DNA of 64,000 nucleotides, taken from an uncultured Planctomycetota bacterium. Lineage in GTDB: Bacteria; Planctomycetota; Planctomycetia; Gemmatales; Gemmataceae. The notes beneath the pieces are model-generated. The model was not told where the DNA came from. It was given only the letters and a program-made list of their open reading frames with translations, and did not search any database. The stretch spans positions 32,001 through 96,000 of the forward strand of contig CAWKHF010000009.1 of NCBI GenBank assembly GCA_963849325.1, written 5' to 3'. How positions within the stretch are numbered: the stretch's first letter is position 1; the number at the start of each line of letters is the position of its first letter. Position numbers and translations under genes: made by a program. Positions 36,692 to 49,365 of the stretch are shown here, piece after piece.

Positions 36692-37671
36692 ATGGACAAA
36701 ATTCTCATCGCTCCCATGACCCTGGCCGGACTGGAAGGCGCCTACGCACAAGCGCTGCGTGACGCCGGCTTCGAGCTGGTCTACCCCAACAAGGCGGCAC
36801 AGTTGACCGAGGACGAACTGCTGGAGGTGCTGCCCGGCATCAAGGCATCGCTGGCCGGCTCGGAGCCGTACACCGCTCGCGTGCTGGCCGCCCATCCGTC
36901 GCTGCGCGTCATCGCCCGCGCCGGCGTCGGTTTCGACGCCGTGGATGTCGCCGCGGCGACGCAACAGGGCGTCGCCGTCTGCATCACGCCGGGCACCAAC
37001 GAGGGCGCCGTGGCCGAGCACACTTTCAGCATGATCCTCGGCCTGGCCAAGAACCTGGTGGCCCAGCATCTCGCCGTCAAGGCGGGAGGCTGGCCGCGCG
37101 GCGGCAACCTGCCCTTGCGCGGCCGCACGCTCGGCATCGCTGGACTGGGACGCATCGGCAAGGCCGTGGCCGTGCGCGGCCAGGCTTTCGGCATGCATCT
37201 GCTCGCCTACGACCCGGTGCCCGACACGGCCTTCGCCGCTCATCATCACGTCACCCTGGTGCCGTTCGAGCGCCTGCTGGCCGAGTCGGATTACCTGACG
37301 CTGCACCTGCCCGTCAGCGCCGACTCGCGCTACCTGATCAATCGTCAGACGTTGGCGCGGATGAAGCCGACCGCCTTCCTGATTAACACGGCGCGGGCGC
37401 GATCCTCAACGAGACCGACCTGCTCGACGCGCTGCGGAACAAGCGGCTGGCGGGAGCGGGGCTTGACGTATTCGAGCAGGAACCGCCGGGCCAACACCCT
37501 CTGTTCGGTCTGGACAACGTGTTGCTGACGCCGCACGCCGCGGGGGTGGACGTGCAATCGCGCGATGACATGGCCCTGTCGGCGGCGCAGGCGATCGTCT
37601 CGTTGTCGCGCGGCGAATGGCCGACGGAGAAGGTGGTCAACCCCGACGCGCGAACGAACTTCCGCTGGTGA
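36692..37671 (+). CDS. D-isomer-specific 2-hydroxyacid (phosphoglycerate-like) dehydrogenase (frameshift near 37395)
   Basis: RAGVGFDAVD, AVAEH, GLGRIG, FLINTAR, GLDVFEQEP, LTPHAAG. Confidence 0.92.
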
Positions 37672-37692
37672 CCACGGATCAAGAGAAGATTT

Positions 37693-37843
37693 ATCACCAC
37701 GGAAAGCACGGAAAACACGGAAAAAAGACAAAAAGAAAAAGAGGACAAGCCAGGACAGAGGAGGGCGGCCGATACGGTACTGCTATGCTTCTTTTACATT
37801 CTTTTTGCCTTTTTTCCGTGTTTTCCGTGTTTTCCGTGGTGAT
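37693..37843. repeat. AT-rich hairpin element with CACGGAAAA 9-mer arms (family F)
   Basis: atcaccacggaaagcacggaaaacacggaaaa ... ttttccgtgttttccgtgttttccgtggtgat; second copy at 53771. Confidence 0.88.
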
Positions 37844-38838
37844 TATTCTTCTTCGAGCGTCGCGCCGTGGTTACATGCCGGCGTCACCAGCACGGCGAAG
37901 TCTTCCAGAGCAAAGCGATCGCGCAGCCGGGCGGCCAGGTGTTGGCCGTGGTCCTCATCGGCAACGACGGCGAAAACCGTCGGTCCCCACGAACTCTGTC
38001 CCACGCCGCGCACCCCCTGGCCGCGCACGAACGCCACCCGTTCCGCCACGCGCGGGCTGGCATACACGCCGCCCTGCACCGGCGCGAACGTCTCGCCGAC
38101 CCGTGCGTTGAAGTCGTACAGCGCCTCGCCGAAACCATCCAGGTCGCGCTCCACGAGCGCGGGCAACAGACCCAGCAGCACGAGACGGCAGAGCGTGTCG
38201 GGGCCGCCGGACGCGGCCGGACACTCGGTCAGCTGGGCGAAGGCCTCAATCTCGCGGTCGCCGTGTATTCCTGTCGTTCGATCGCGGGCGTCGGGCAGAA
38301 CGAGCACCAGGCGCCACGGCTCGGGGAAGGCGAGACGGGCGACCAGCGGGGCGAGCTGGTCCGTGGTGTGCTTGCCGGACTCCACCAGCAAGCCGCCCTG
38401 CTCGAAGCCGTGCGCTCCCAGGGCCGAACGCTGTCCGCGTCCGACTCGCCGTACCAGGCTGGGCAGATCGCACTTCAGACCCCAGGAGACCGCCAGCGCT
38501 CGGGCCACCGTCAGCCCCAACTGAGTGCCGCTGCCCAGGCCGGCGTGTTCCGGCAACGCCTGCTCGCTCAACAAACGCCGGGGGGGACAGTCACGTCCGC
38601 CCTCTTCTTGCCGGGTACACTGGGCAAAGCGGTGAGCGAAGGCCAGGGCGCGATCGGCCAGCGGCCCGTCGGCCGACCATGAAGGGGCCGCGACGACGCG
38701 CAGCCGCAATCCCGGCCGCTCCACCATCACGCCAACGCCGCCGAAGCGGCGCAGCCTCGTCGTTTCGGTGGGCGTCTCCGTCCCTGTTGGATTCAGCAAA
38801 CCAAAGTGCAATCGGCCATACGCCTGCACACGTACCAT
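37843..38838 (-). CDS. mptG: Beta-ribofuranosylaminobenzene 5'-phosphate synthase (GHMP kinase family)
   Basis: GRLHFGLL, RRFGGVG, PEHAGLGSGTQL, GRGQRSALG, GVGQSSWGPTVF. Confidence 0.85.
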   Translation of the reverse strand: MVRVQAYGRLHFGLLNPTGTETPTETTRLRRFGGVGVMVERPGLRLRVVAAPSWSADGPLADRALAFAHRFAQCTRQEEGGRDCPPRRLLSEQALPEHAGLGSGTQLGLTVARALAVSWGLKCDLPSLVRRVGRGQRSALGAHGFEQGGLLVESGKHTTDQLAPLVARLAFPEPWRLVLVLPDARDRTTGIHGDREIEAFAQLTECPAASGGPDTLCRLVLLGLLPALVERDLDGFGEALYDFNARVGETFAPVQGGVYASPRVAERVAFVRGQGVRGVGQSSWGPTVFAVVADEDHGQHLAARLRDRFALEDFAVLVTPACNHGATLEEE

Positions 38839-38860
38839 GTTCCCATCCTTCGCCGCGCGA

Positions 38861-39456
38861 TCACGGACCTCGAACTTTTCGTTCTCTCTCTCGCCGCAGG
38901 TGGTCACACAGAAGCGCGAACGCGGCGTGTTCTTGCGGGCCGCCCGTCTTCTCGACGAGGATGGCCAGCTTGCGATACTCGGCTTCAATCTCGTCCAGCG
39001 CCAGGAAGGCGGTGCGCGTGGCCAGGATGGCGGCCTCGACGACGGCGTGCTTGGCCCGGTTGAAGCCGAAGAAGTCGCGCAGCCGGCCGGTATGCACCAC
39101 CTCCGCCTCGAACACGCGCGCTCAGCCTTGTCGTCGCGGGAGGTGACGCGGAACTCGTGGAAGCGACAGGCATCGGCGAGCACCCAGCCGCGCACCCGCG
39201 TCGCCGGTCGCAGCGCCGGCCGCGGTTCCAATGCCCCCAGCGCCGACCGCGCCAGCAGCAACACGTCATCGCTGACGTGCAGGACGCCCTCGCCGTGTTC
39301 CACGAGGTTGGCATACGTCTGCGCCGTGCGGAAGGGACGCAGGACGAAGCGCGTCAGCTCCGCCGTCGCGGCCTCGGGACCGACGTGCGGTCCCATCGGG
39401 GCGATGTTGACCTCGCCCGCGGCGGAAACGGTGGTGACGATGCCTTCGAGGATCAT
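38861..39456 (-). CDS. DUF447 family protein (frameshift near 39115)
   Basis: MILEGIVTT...NIAPMGP, LRPFRTAQTYANL, GFNRAKHAVVEAAILATR, VEKTGG. Confidence 0.85.
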
Positions 39457-39962
39457 GACGGTTCGGCCGGCGTCAGGACACGGACGACGGGAAGCGGAGT
39501 GAGGTCGGTTTTGACCGGCGGGGGCCGGGTGACGATCTGGACAAAGGCCAGGACGACGAGGACGATTGCGGAAAGGAGCGCGGCGAGCAAGGTCATCAGC
39601 AGCAACTCGACGCCGGCGATCAGCAATCCCTTCTGGAGTGAGGCGGACAGGAGCAAAGTGTAGATCACAGCCGACAGCATCCAGGTGAGCATCAGCGACG
39701 CGGCCAGGGCGGCGAGGCGCATACCGCCGAAGCTATCGCCGGGGTCGGCGTCGTACCTGCCGGCGTACCAGACGAGCACCGCCGCCAGGGGCAGGCAGAT
39801 CACGAGGGTCGCCGAGTAGATCGGTAGCGAACGGAAGTAACCGCGTTCGGGTACGTCCGCCAGGGCGCATCCGGCCTGGAACAGAAACGTGCCCACGCCG
39901 AGCAGGGCGACGAGAGCGCCCAGCCCAGCAATCACGAGCCAGGCAGTACCGATGCCGAACAT
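39453..39962 (-). CDS. Hypothetical membrane protein (about 4 TM)
   Basis: Hydrophobic 169-aa ORF, GGAGG RBS, stop overlaps the DUF447 start. Confidence 0.75.
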   Translation of the reverse strand: MFGIGTAWLVIAGLGALVALLGVGTFLFQAGCALADVPERGYFRSLPIYSATLVICLPLAAVLVWYAGRYDADPGDSFGGMRLAALAASLMLTWMLSAVIYTLLLSASLQKGLLIAGVELLLMTLLAALLSAIVLVVLAFVQIVTRPPPVKTDLTPLPVVRVLTPAEPS

Positions 39963-40058
39963 GCCGCCTCCGATGCGATGCGTGCCGCCACGGCCCTACC
40001 CTAGCGCGCAGCGAGGAGCCTGTCAACCAGTGGAAGATGCCGCTCGGTCCCTCTCACT

Positions 40059-40086
40059 TTCGCCCGTTCCCACCGTGCGATATAAT
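40059..40086 (+). promoter_or_regulatory. Possible sigma70-type promoter of the def-fmt-rsmB operon
   Basis: TTCGCC-16 nt-TATAAT about 45 nt upstream of def. Confidence 0.4.
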
Positions 40087-40129
40087 CCCCTCGTGAGCCG
40101 AAGTCCGCGTTGTCCCCGGTGAAAGTGGT

Positions 40130-40750
40130 ATGAAGATTGTCCGTTATCCGCATCCCGCCCTGCGCCAGCCGGCGAAGCCGCTGGCCGCCATCGACAAGCA
40201 GGTCCACCTCGATGCGGCCCGCATGTTGGAATTGATGTACGAACATCGCGGACTCGGCCTCGCCGCCAATCAGGTGTTCCTGCCCTATCGCATCGTCGTC
40301 CTCAATCCGACCGGCGATCCGCAGCAGCGCGACAAGGAAGAAGTGCTGCTCAACCCCGCCATCCTGGAGCGCAAAGGTTCGATCGAGGGCGAGGAAGGCT
40401 GCCTGAGCTTCCCCGATCTGTTCCAGAAGATTCGCCGGGCCAAGACGGTCGCCGTGCAGGCGTACAACCTCAAGGGCGAGGTCGTCGCGAAGGTCGTCAG
40501 CGACCTGGAAGCGCGCCTGTGGCAGCACGAGGTCGATCACCTCGACGGCATCCTGTTCATCGACAAGATGGGCACGATCGCCAAGCTGTCCAGCCGCGGC
40601 AAGCTCAAGGAGTTCGAGCAGGACTTCCAGCGCGGCCAGGAGAAGGGAGAAATTCCTTCGATGGCCGAGCTGGAACGCCTCGTGAAAGCGCGGGCCGAGG
40701 CGATGGAGAAAAACGGTCAACCGCCGCAGGACGAGCCTCCCCCCCTTTGA
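40130..40750 (+). CDS. def: Peptide deformylase
   Basis: GLGLAANQV, EGCLSFP, QHEVDHLDG. Confidence 0.96.
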   Translation: MKIVRYPHPALRQPAKPLAAIDKQVHLDAARMLELMYEHRGLGLAANQVFLPYRIVVLNPTGDPQQRDKEEVLLNPAILERKGSIEGEEGCLSFPDLFQKIRRAKTVAVQAYNLKGEVVAKVVSDLEARLWQHEVDHLDGILFIDKMGTIAKLSSRGKLKEFEQDFQRGQEKGEIPSMAELERLVKARAEAMEKNGQPPQDEPPPL

Positions 40751-40767
40751 CCCAGGGATGATCCGGC

Positions 40768-41754
40768 ATGCGCGTCGTGATGATGGGCACCGGCCTGTTC
40801 GCCGAGCCGACGTTGGAAGCTTTGCTGGCCGCACCTCATTCGGTTGTCGGTCTGGTCACGCAGCCGGATCGCGCCGTCGGTCCGGAGCGCGGCTCGACGC
40901 GGCAGACCGGGCGCGGCATGAAGAACATCGCCGTCGAACACGGCGTCCCGGTCCTGCAACCGGAGAGCATCAACACTCCCCAGGGTGTCCGCGATTTGCA
41001 GGCGCTGCAACCGGACCTCCTTGTCGTCGCCGCCTACGGGCAGATCCTGTCGCGCGACGTGCTGTCCGTGCCGCCGCGCGGCGGCATCAACGTCCACGCC
41101 TCGCTGCTGCCGAAGTATCGCGGAGCGGCGCCGATCGCCTGGGCCATCTACCACGGCGAGACGCGCACCGGCGTCACCATCATCAAGATGTCCGTGTCCC
41201 TCGATGCCGGCGACATGCTGGCCCAGGAAGCCATCGATATTGGCCCGGAGGAGACGGCTGGCGAAGTCGAGGCTCGTCTGGCGCCGCTCGGAGCGCGGCT
41301 GGCGCTGCACGTGATCGAACAGATCCAGAAGGGCACGGTGCAGGGCCGCAAACAAGATCCCAGTCAGGTGACGAAAGCGCCGAAGCTGAAGAAGGAGAAC
41401 GGTCTGATCGACTGGAACCGTACCGCCGAGCAGGTGTGCAATCAAATCCGCGCGATGCAGCCTTGGCCGACTGCTTACACTTTCCGTCACACACGTGGTC
41501 AACCGTCATCACGATTAATTGTCCTTAAAGCAACAGTGGCCCAGGTGTCGGTCTCCCGCTCTGCTTCCATCCATCCCGGTCGGATGTCTACCAGGCCGAC
41601 TATTGGATTGCATCTGCTGGTTGAAGCTGGCGATGGAAAGCTCGTCCAGATTATTCAGGTACAACCCGAGGGGAAGCGGAAGATGTCAGCTCACGAATAC
41701 TTCAATGGCCGGCCAGTTCGTGAAGGCGACCGGCTCGGCCCGGAGACGCCATGA
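40768..41754 (+). CDS. fmt: Methionyl-tRNA formyltransferase
   Basis: VVMMGT, TQPDR, AAYGQIL, INVHASLLPKYRGAAPI, DAGD. Confidence 0.96.
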   Translation: MRVVMMGTGLFAEPTLEALLAAPHSVVGLVTQPDRAVGPERGSTRQTGRGMKNIAVEHGVPVLQPESINTPQGVRDLQALQPDLLVVAAYGQILSRDVLSVPPRGGINVHASLLPKYRGAAPIAWAIYHGETRTGVTIIKMSVSLDAGDMLAQEAIDIGPEETAGEVEARLAPLGARLALHVIEQIQKGTVQGRKQDPSQVTKAPKLKKENGLIDWNRTAEQVCNQIRAMQPWPTAYTFRHTRGQPSSRLIVLKATVAQVSVSRSASIHPGRMSTRPTIGLHLLVEAGDGKLVQIIQVQPEGKRKMSAHEYFNGRPVREGDRLGPETP

Positions 41755-43143
41755 AGCGCGCGATGCCGTCTTTTCAGGGGACCGCACACAACGCCCGCAG
41801 TCTGGCTCTGCAAATCCTCCTCGATTGCCGCAAGCACGACGCTTTCGTCCAGGAAATCCTCGATCGCCAGCTTGGACCCTCGGCGCTCTCGGCCGCCGAT
41901 CGCCGACTCGTCACGCAGCTCGTTTATGGCGTCCTGCGCCGCCGCGGCACTCTGCGAGCACTGCTGGAACCGCTCGTCAACCGGCCGGCCCACAAGGTCG
42001 AATCCTGGCTGTGGGACGCTCTTTACCTGGGTGCCTGCCAGCTCGCCCTGCTCACCCACATACCCCGTCATGCCGCCGTCCACGAAACCGTCGAGTTGGC
42101 CGTTTGCTTTGGCCGTCCCGGCGCGCGTGGCTTTCTCAATGGGGTGCTGCGCCAGCTCGCCGGACTGGTGACGGACGAGTACACGGCGACCGCCGCCGCG
42201 GACGCCCTGCCGCTGGAGCACGGCGAGTATCGCCGCCTGTCTCGCCCTGTGCTTCCCGATCCGACGGCCCATCCGGTAGAATACCTCGCGGCCGGGTTTG
42301 GTCTGCCCGACTGGCTGGTTCGCCGCTGGCTGCCGCGTTACGGTATCGAGGAATGCCGTTGCCTCGGCTTCTGGTTCGCCGGTCCCACCCGCCTGACGCT
42401 GCGCTGCAATCCTTTGCGTATGGAGCGCGAGCCGCTGCTGGCGGCACTCCGCGAGGCCGGCCACACCGCAGAGTCCGGCGAACATCCCCAGGCCGTGCGG
42501 CTGCACGAGTCCGGCCCGATCCGCGACCTGCCCGGCTACGCCGAGGGCTGGTTCACGGTGCAGGATGAGTCGGCCATGCGCGTCGCCTCGGCGCTGGCGC
42601 CCGAGCCGGGCGAAACGATCCTCGACCTGTGCGCCGCTCCCGGCGGCAAGACGACGCACCTGGCCGAGTTGATGCGCGAACACAGGCCGCATCGTCGCTG
42701 GCGACGTGGACGAGCAGCGCTTGCAGACGATTGATGCCCTGGTCCGGCGCCTGGGGCTGTCCATTATCGAGACGCGCCGCGTGGGGGGCGAGGAGGACGC
42801 GGACGTGCCGCCGGGTCCATTCGATCGCGTGCTCGTGGACGTGCCGTGCAGCAACACCGGCGTCCTGGGCAAGCGTCCCGAAGCGCGCTGGCGGCTGCGG
42901 CCCGACGATTTGCGGCAACTCGTGGCCCTGCAATCGCGCCTGCTTCGCCTGGCTGCCGAGCGCGTCCGTCGCGGGGGCGCACTCGTCTATTCGACGTGCA
43001 GCATCGAGCCGGAGGAGAATCGCCGCGTGATCGAGGCGGTACTGCACGAGACGCCGAGCTTGCGGTTGGAGGCGGAGGAGGAGGCGTTGCCAGGGATGCC
43101 GAGTGATGGGGGTTACTGGGCGCGACTCCGACGAAAGACGTAA
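41751..43143 (+). CDS. rsmB: 16S rRNA m5C967 methyltransferase RsmB/Sun (frameshift near 42678)
   Basis: NusB-like N-terminus, [31 protein letters not shown]. Confidence 0.92.
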
Positions 43144-43155
43144 AAGGACCTACCC

Positions 43156-43916
43156 ATGAGTGAAACCACAAAAGTCGTGGGTCATGAGCCGATGCCCGAA
43201 GGACCGATGCCCGATGGCCAGCGCAAACGGCTCCCGACCGTAGCCATCGACATGCCAGTCCTCTTCGAGGACGAAGGGCAGGAGGAGATGGGTGAAACCG
43301 AGATCCACACGAAAGCAACGGGCATTGTCTTCTGGGGTTTGAAGGCCCATCTGGCCGATCGCTCGGAGTATCAGGTCTTCTCCGATTTGAACTGTTATTA
43401 TCATCCCGTTCAGCGCTGGGCTTATGTTTCCCCCGATGTGATGGTTGTCGTCCCCGGGCAGCCCCTCGTTGAACCCGTGACCTCGTACCGGATTAGCGCG
43501 GGCTGTCCCGCGCCGATGCTGGTCGTCGAAGTGCTCTCGCGGCGCTCCTTTCAGCAGCAGGATCTGACGAACAAACCCGAAATCTACGCCGATTTACGTG
43601 TAGCCGAGTACATCCTGGCGGACCCGACGAGCCATTTTCTGCCGCAACGGTTACTGTTGAAGTGCCTACGGATTGATTCCACCTGGAAGGACGAGCAAGA
43701 CGAGGACGGCGGCGTCACGAGCCGCCTGGGTTTCCGTATCGTGATCGAGGACGACGGGCAGTTGCGGATGATCGATGTCCAAACCGGGAAGCGCTACGCG
43801 CGACCGGAGGAGGCGCAGTCGATGGCGGATCGAGTAGTTGCGCTCGAAGAAGAATTGGCCCGCCTCCGCGGTGCATCGTCGAAGGAACAAAAGAGAAAAG
43901 GACGACGGCGCAAGTC

Positions 43917-43920
<4 letters not shown>
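43156..43920 (+). CDS. Uma2 family endonuclease
   Basis: MGETEIH, VSPDVMVV, LVVEVLS, DLTNKPEIYADLRVAEYILADP; coiled-coil tail. Confidence 0.88.
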
Positions 43921-45407
<1,487 letters not shown>

Positions 45408-45458
45408 CGGATCGTTTGATCGATCCTCGGAAGGAATAAGAATACGAAGGAGAATGCC

Positions 45459-45746
45459 GTGAGCAATCCAATCCCTTCGCAGGTGGCCGTGTACTTGCCG
45501 GCCGATTTGGTGGCCAAGATGGAGGAACTGAAACAAGATTGTGAGCGAGATCGCACTCAGAGCCTTCAGCAGCTTGTTGAAAGGTTTTGCCGAACATACG
45601 TGCATGTTTTGGAGGGACATCGCTGGGAGCGAGAGCACATGGAAGAACTGGAACGCTCTTACCGAGAACGCCCCAGCGATTGGGACGACGCGGAGGAATG
45701 GGAACAGCTCTATAAGGAAGAAGAAGAGAAGAGGCGGCAACCGTGA
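45459..45746 (+). CDS. Putative antitoxin (RHH-like N-terminus, acidic C-terminus)
   Basis: AAGGAG RBS; VAVYLPADLVAKMEEL; overlaps the MazF-like gene (GTGA). Confidence 0.68.
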   Translation: MSNPIPSQVAVYLPADLVAKMEELKQDCERDRTQSLQQLVERFCRTYVHVLEGHRWEREHMEELERSYRERPSDWDDAEEWEQLYKEEEEKRRQP

Positions 45747-46060
45747 AACGAGGCGAAGTTTGGGACGCGGATATACCGTTCCCTGTTAACCGGAGGCCGG
45801 TCTTGATCCTTTCCCGCGACACCATGCCAGCTTCGCGGCCGGAAATCACCGTCGCCTATCTTACCACGAAGCCACGCAATCGATGGGTTGAGGTTGCCTT
45901 GACGGCGGCGGCCGATGGCGTCAAACACGATTCCGTGGTCAATCTCGATTCCATCAATACCATCCCCAAGGATTGGCTCATCAAACGAATATGCAAGCTA
46001 TCCCCCGCCAAGATGGATGACGTCAAGCGAGCCATAATTGAGGCTCTCGACATGAAATGA
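45743..46060 (+). CDS. mazF: PemK/MazF family toxin
   Basis: MKRGEVWDAD...RRPVLILSRD, LTT, DSVVNLDSINTIPK, RICKLSPAKMDDVKRAI. Confidence 0.88.
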   Translation: MKRGEVWDADIPFPVNRRPVLILSRDTMPASRPEITVAYLTTKPRNRWVEVALTAAADGVKHDSVVNLDSINTIPKDWLIKRICKLSPAKMDDVKRAIIEALDMK

Positions 46061-46088
46061 CCACGGCTTCCTCTCCGACGATGCCGAT

Positions 46089-49000
46089 ATGCACCTGGAA
46101 CAACTGCGCACCTGTTTGGATTCGCTCGCCGGCGCTCGTGCCTTGCTGCACACCTGGAACCTGCGCGACCCCGAGCGGGGTTGGCGCAATCTGACCGGCC
46201 TGGCCGAGGCGGTCTCGCTCGACGGCCTGCGCGAAATCTGTACGCCGCTGGGCCGGCTGCTGCCGCGTTGCCCCGACCCGGACATGGCCCTGAACAACCT
46301 CGAACGCTTTCTCGCCAACCCGGCCGCGTCCGTCCAGGTGCCCATCCTGCTGGAGAACCGCGCTCGCGTCCTGGAAATCCTCTTGCAGCTGTTCAGCACC
46401 AGCCAGACCTTCAGCGACCTGCTGAGTCTCCATCCGGACTCTCTCGACATGCTGCGCGTGCCGCTGCGGCGCAGCCCCAGCCCGGCCGAGTTGTCCGCCC
46501 AGCTGCAAGCCGAGGTAGACGCGGCCTACGAGGACTCGGCCGTGCTGCGCGCCTTTCGCCGCTTTCGCCAGCGGCAATTGCTGCGCATCGGCACCAACGA
46601 CATCATCCGCGATCGACCGCTGGAAGAGATCACCCGCGACATCGCGCACGTCGCCGACGCCGCCATCGAGGCGGCCCTGACGGTTGCCCTGCGCCAGGTC
46701 GGCAAGCGCTTCGGCCAGCCCCACGGAGGAGACGGCCGGCCCGTCACCTGCACCGTCCTCGCCTTCGGCAAACACGGCGGCGAAGAGTTGAACTACTCCA
46801 GCGACATCGACCTGATGTTCGTCTACAGCGACGAGGGCGTCACGCGCGGCAAACGCATCACGAGCCTCGGTAACGACGAATTCTTCGCCCGCGTCGTCGG
46901 CGAGGTGGTGCGCCTGCTGTCGTCGCACACGGATCGCGGCCACGCTTTCCGCGTCGATCTGCGCCTGCGCCCCGAGGGCCATCGCGGCCCGCTGGCGCGC
47001 TCGCTGGCCAGCACCCTCGCCTACTACGACGCCATGGGACGCACCTGGGAGCGGCAGGCGCTCATCAAGGTCCGTCCCGTGGCCGGCGACCTGGCGCTGG
47101 GCCAGCAGTTCTTGCGGTCCATCGAGCCGTTTGTCTACCGTAAATATCTCAGTTTCGCCGAAATCAACGAGATCAAGGCCATCAAACGGCGCATCGAGCA
47201 CAAGGCCAGCCAGGCCGGCGTCAGCGGCACCGAGGTCAAGACCGGCCACGGCGGCATCCGCGACATCGAGTTCACCATCCAGTTCCTGCAACTGCTCAAC
47301 GGCGGCGAGTTGGCGGAGGTCCGTCAGCGCAACACTCTGCTCGCCCTGTCCGCCCTCGAGCGCGTCGGCTGCCTGACCGACCAGGAGTATCGCGTCCTCG
47401 AAGACGCCTATCGCTTCCTGCGCAAGGTCGAGCACCGCCTGCAACTCCTATTCGACCTGCAAACGCACCGTCTGCCTGAAGGCGAGGAGGAGATGCGCAA
47501 GCTCGCCCTGCGCATGGATCCCAGCCGCGACCGTGCGGAAGTGGCTTCGCCTTCGCTGCCGGACGATCGCGGCGCGGATCCCGCCGCCGCCTTCCTGCGC
47601 GCTTACCAGGACAAGACCGAGCCGACGCGGCGCATTCTCGATCACTTGCTGCATCAGACCTTCGCCGGCGAGGCCGGTGAGGCCGAACCGGAATCCGACT
47701 TGCTCCTCGACACCAACCCGGAACCGGAGACCATCCGCGCGGTGCTCGGCCGTTATCCTTTCCGCGACGTACAGGGGGCGTACCACAACCTGGTCCAACT
47801 GGCTCAGGAGTCGGTGCCGTTTTTGTCCACGCGCCGTTGCCGACACTTCCTTGCCAGCATCGCTCCCGCCTTGCTCCGCGCCGTCGCTGACACGCCCGAC
47901 CCGGACATGGCCCTGGTCAACCTGGAAAAGGTGACCAACTCGCTCGGCGCCAAGACGGTACTGTGGGAGCTGTTCAGCTTCAACCCGCCCAGCTTGAAGC
48001 TCTACGTCGATCTGTGCGCCTGGAGCCAGTTTCTCTCGGAAATCCTCATCAACAACCCCGGCATGATCGACGAGCTGCTCGACAGCCTCGTCCTCAACCA
48101 GCCGCGCAGCGCCGAAGAGCTGCGCGGCGAGTTGGCCGACCTGTGTCGCGGCGCCGCCGACCTCGAACCGATCCTGCACAGTTTTCAGAGACAAGGAATT
48201 GCTGCGCATCGGCGTCCGCGACATTCTTAACAAGGACACCATCCAGGCCACGACCGCCGCGCTGAGCGACCTGGCGGAGGTGCTGCTGGGTCAAATCGCC
48301 GACCCGCAATACGGACCTCTGACGAAGCGCTATGGCGTGCCCATCCTGGCCGAGGGCGAGCGGGCCGGCCAGCCCAGCCGCTTCGCCCTCCTCGCCCTGG
48401 GCAAGCTCGGCGGCCGCGAAATGAACTACCACAGCGATCTCGATTTGATGATGGTCTACGAGGGTGATGGCCGAACCGAGCCGCCGCCCCGTGCCACGCG
48501 CTTCGACCGCCACGAGCGCGACCGACAATTACCACTTCTTCACCGAGTTGGCCCAGCACATCATCAAGGCGACGAGCTATCTCGGGCCGATGGGCCGGCT
48601 GTACCAGATCGACATGCGTCTGCGGCCGACCGGCAAGTCGGGCAGTCTCGTCATTCCCCTGACGGAGTTCCGCCGCTATTTCGTCACGCAGCAGGACAGC
48701 TCGGCGCACCCCGAAGGCGGGGCGCAATTGTGGGAGCGGCAAGCGCTGACGCGCGCCCGCGTCGTTCACGGCGACGCCGATTTCGGCCGCGAAGTGATGG
48801 CCGCCGTCGCCGAGGGCGCCTACGGCTTGACCTGGCGGCCCGAAATTGCCGAGGAAATCCTGGCCATGCGCGAGCGCCTGCAAGTCAGCCGGCCGCCCGG
48901 CAACCTCAAGCGCGGCCCCGGCGGACTCGCCGACGTCGAGTTCCTCGTGCAGCTGTTTCAGATCAAGTACGGCCACGACTTGCCGGAGCTGCGCCGGCCC

Positions 49001-49309
49001 AACACCTGGCAGGCGTTGGAGGCGTTGCACGACTGCGGTCTGCTGTCAGAGACCGAGCAGACGACCCTGTCGGCCGCTTACGATTTTCTGCTGCGCGTGC
49101 AGGGCCGGCTGCGCATCGTCCACAACCGCACGCTCGACGAGTTGCCGGAATCGTCGGAGGAAATCGACAAGCTGGCCCGCCGCCTCGGCTACGAGACCGG
49201 CGACCGATTCCTCGCCGAACTCCAACAGCATCGCACGCGGACGCGCGAGTTGTTCTTGTGCCTTGTCGAGCGCGAGCGCGTCCGCGGGACGAGGATGGAA
49301 TCGGAGTGA
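46089..49309 (+). CDS. glnE: Glutamine synthetase adenylyltransferase/adenylyl-removing enzyme (frameshifts near 48190 and 48518)
   Basis: GKHGGEELNYSSDIDL, RVDLRLRPEG, WERQAL, GGIRDIEF; second half GKLGGREMNYHSDLDL, IDMRLRPTG, GGLADVEF. Confidence 0.94.
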
Positions 49310-49365
49310 TCTCTCCTGCAACGATTCCAGCGTCGGGTTCTCCTTCTGGGCCTAGTACGGATGAA

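Noticed and set aside
37843-39456. Apparent DUF447-mptG fusion (537 aa)
   Set aside because: Produced by an indel near 39115. The DUF447 C-terminus is in another frame ending at 38861, and mptG has its own ATG at 38838.
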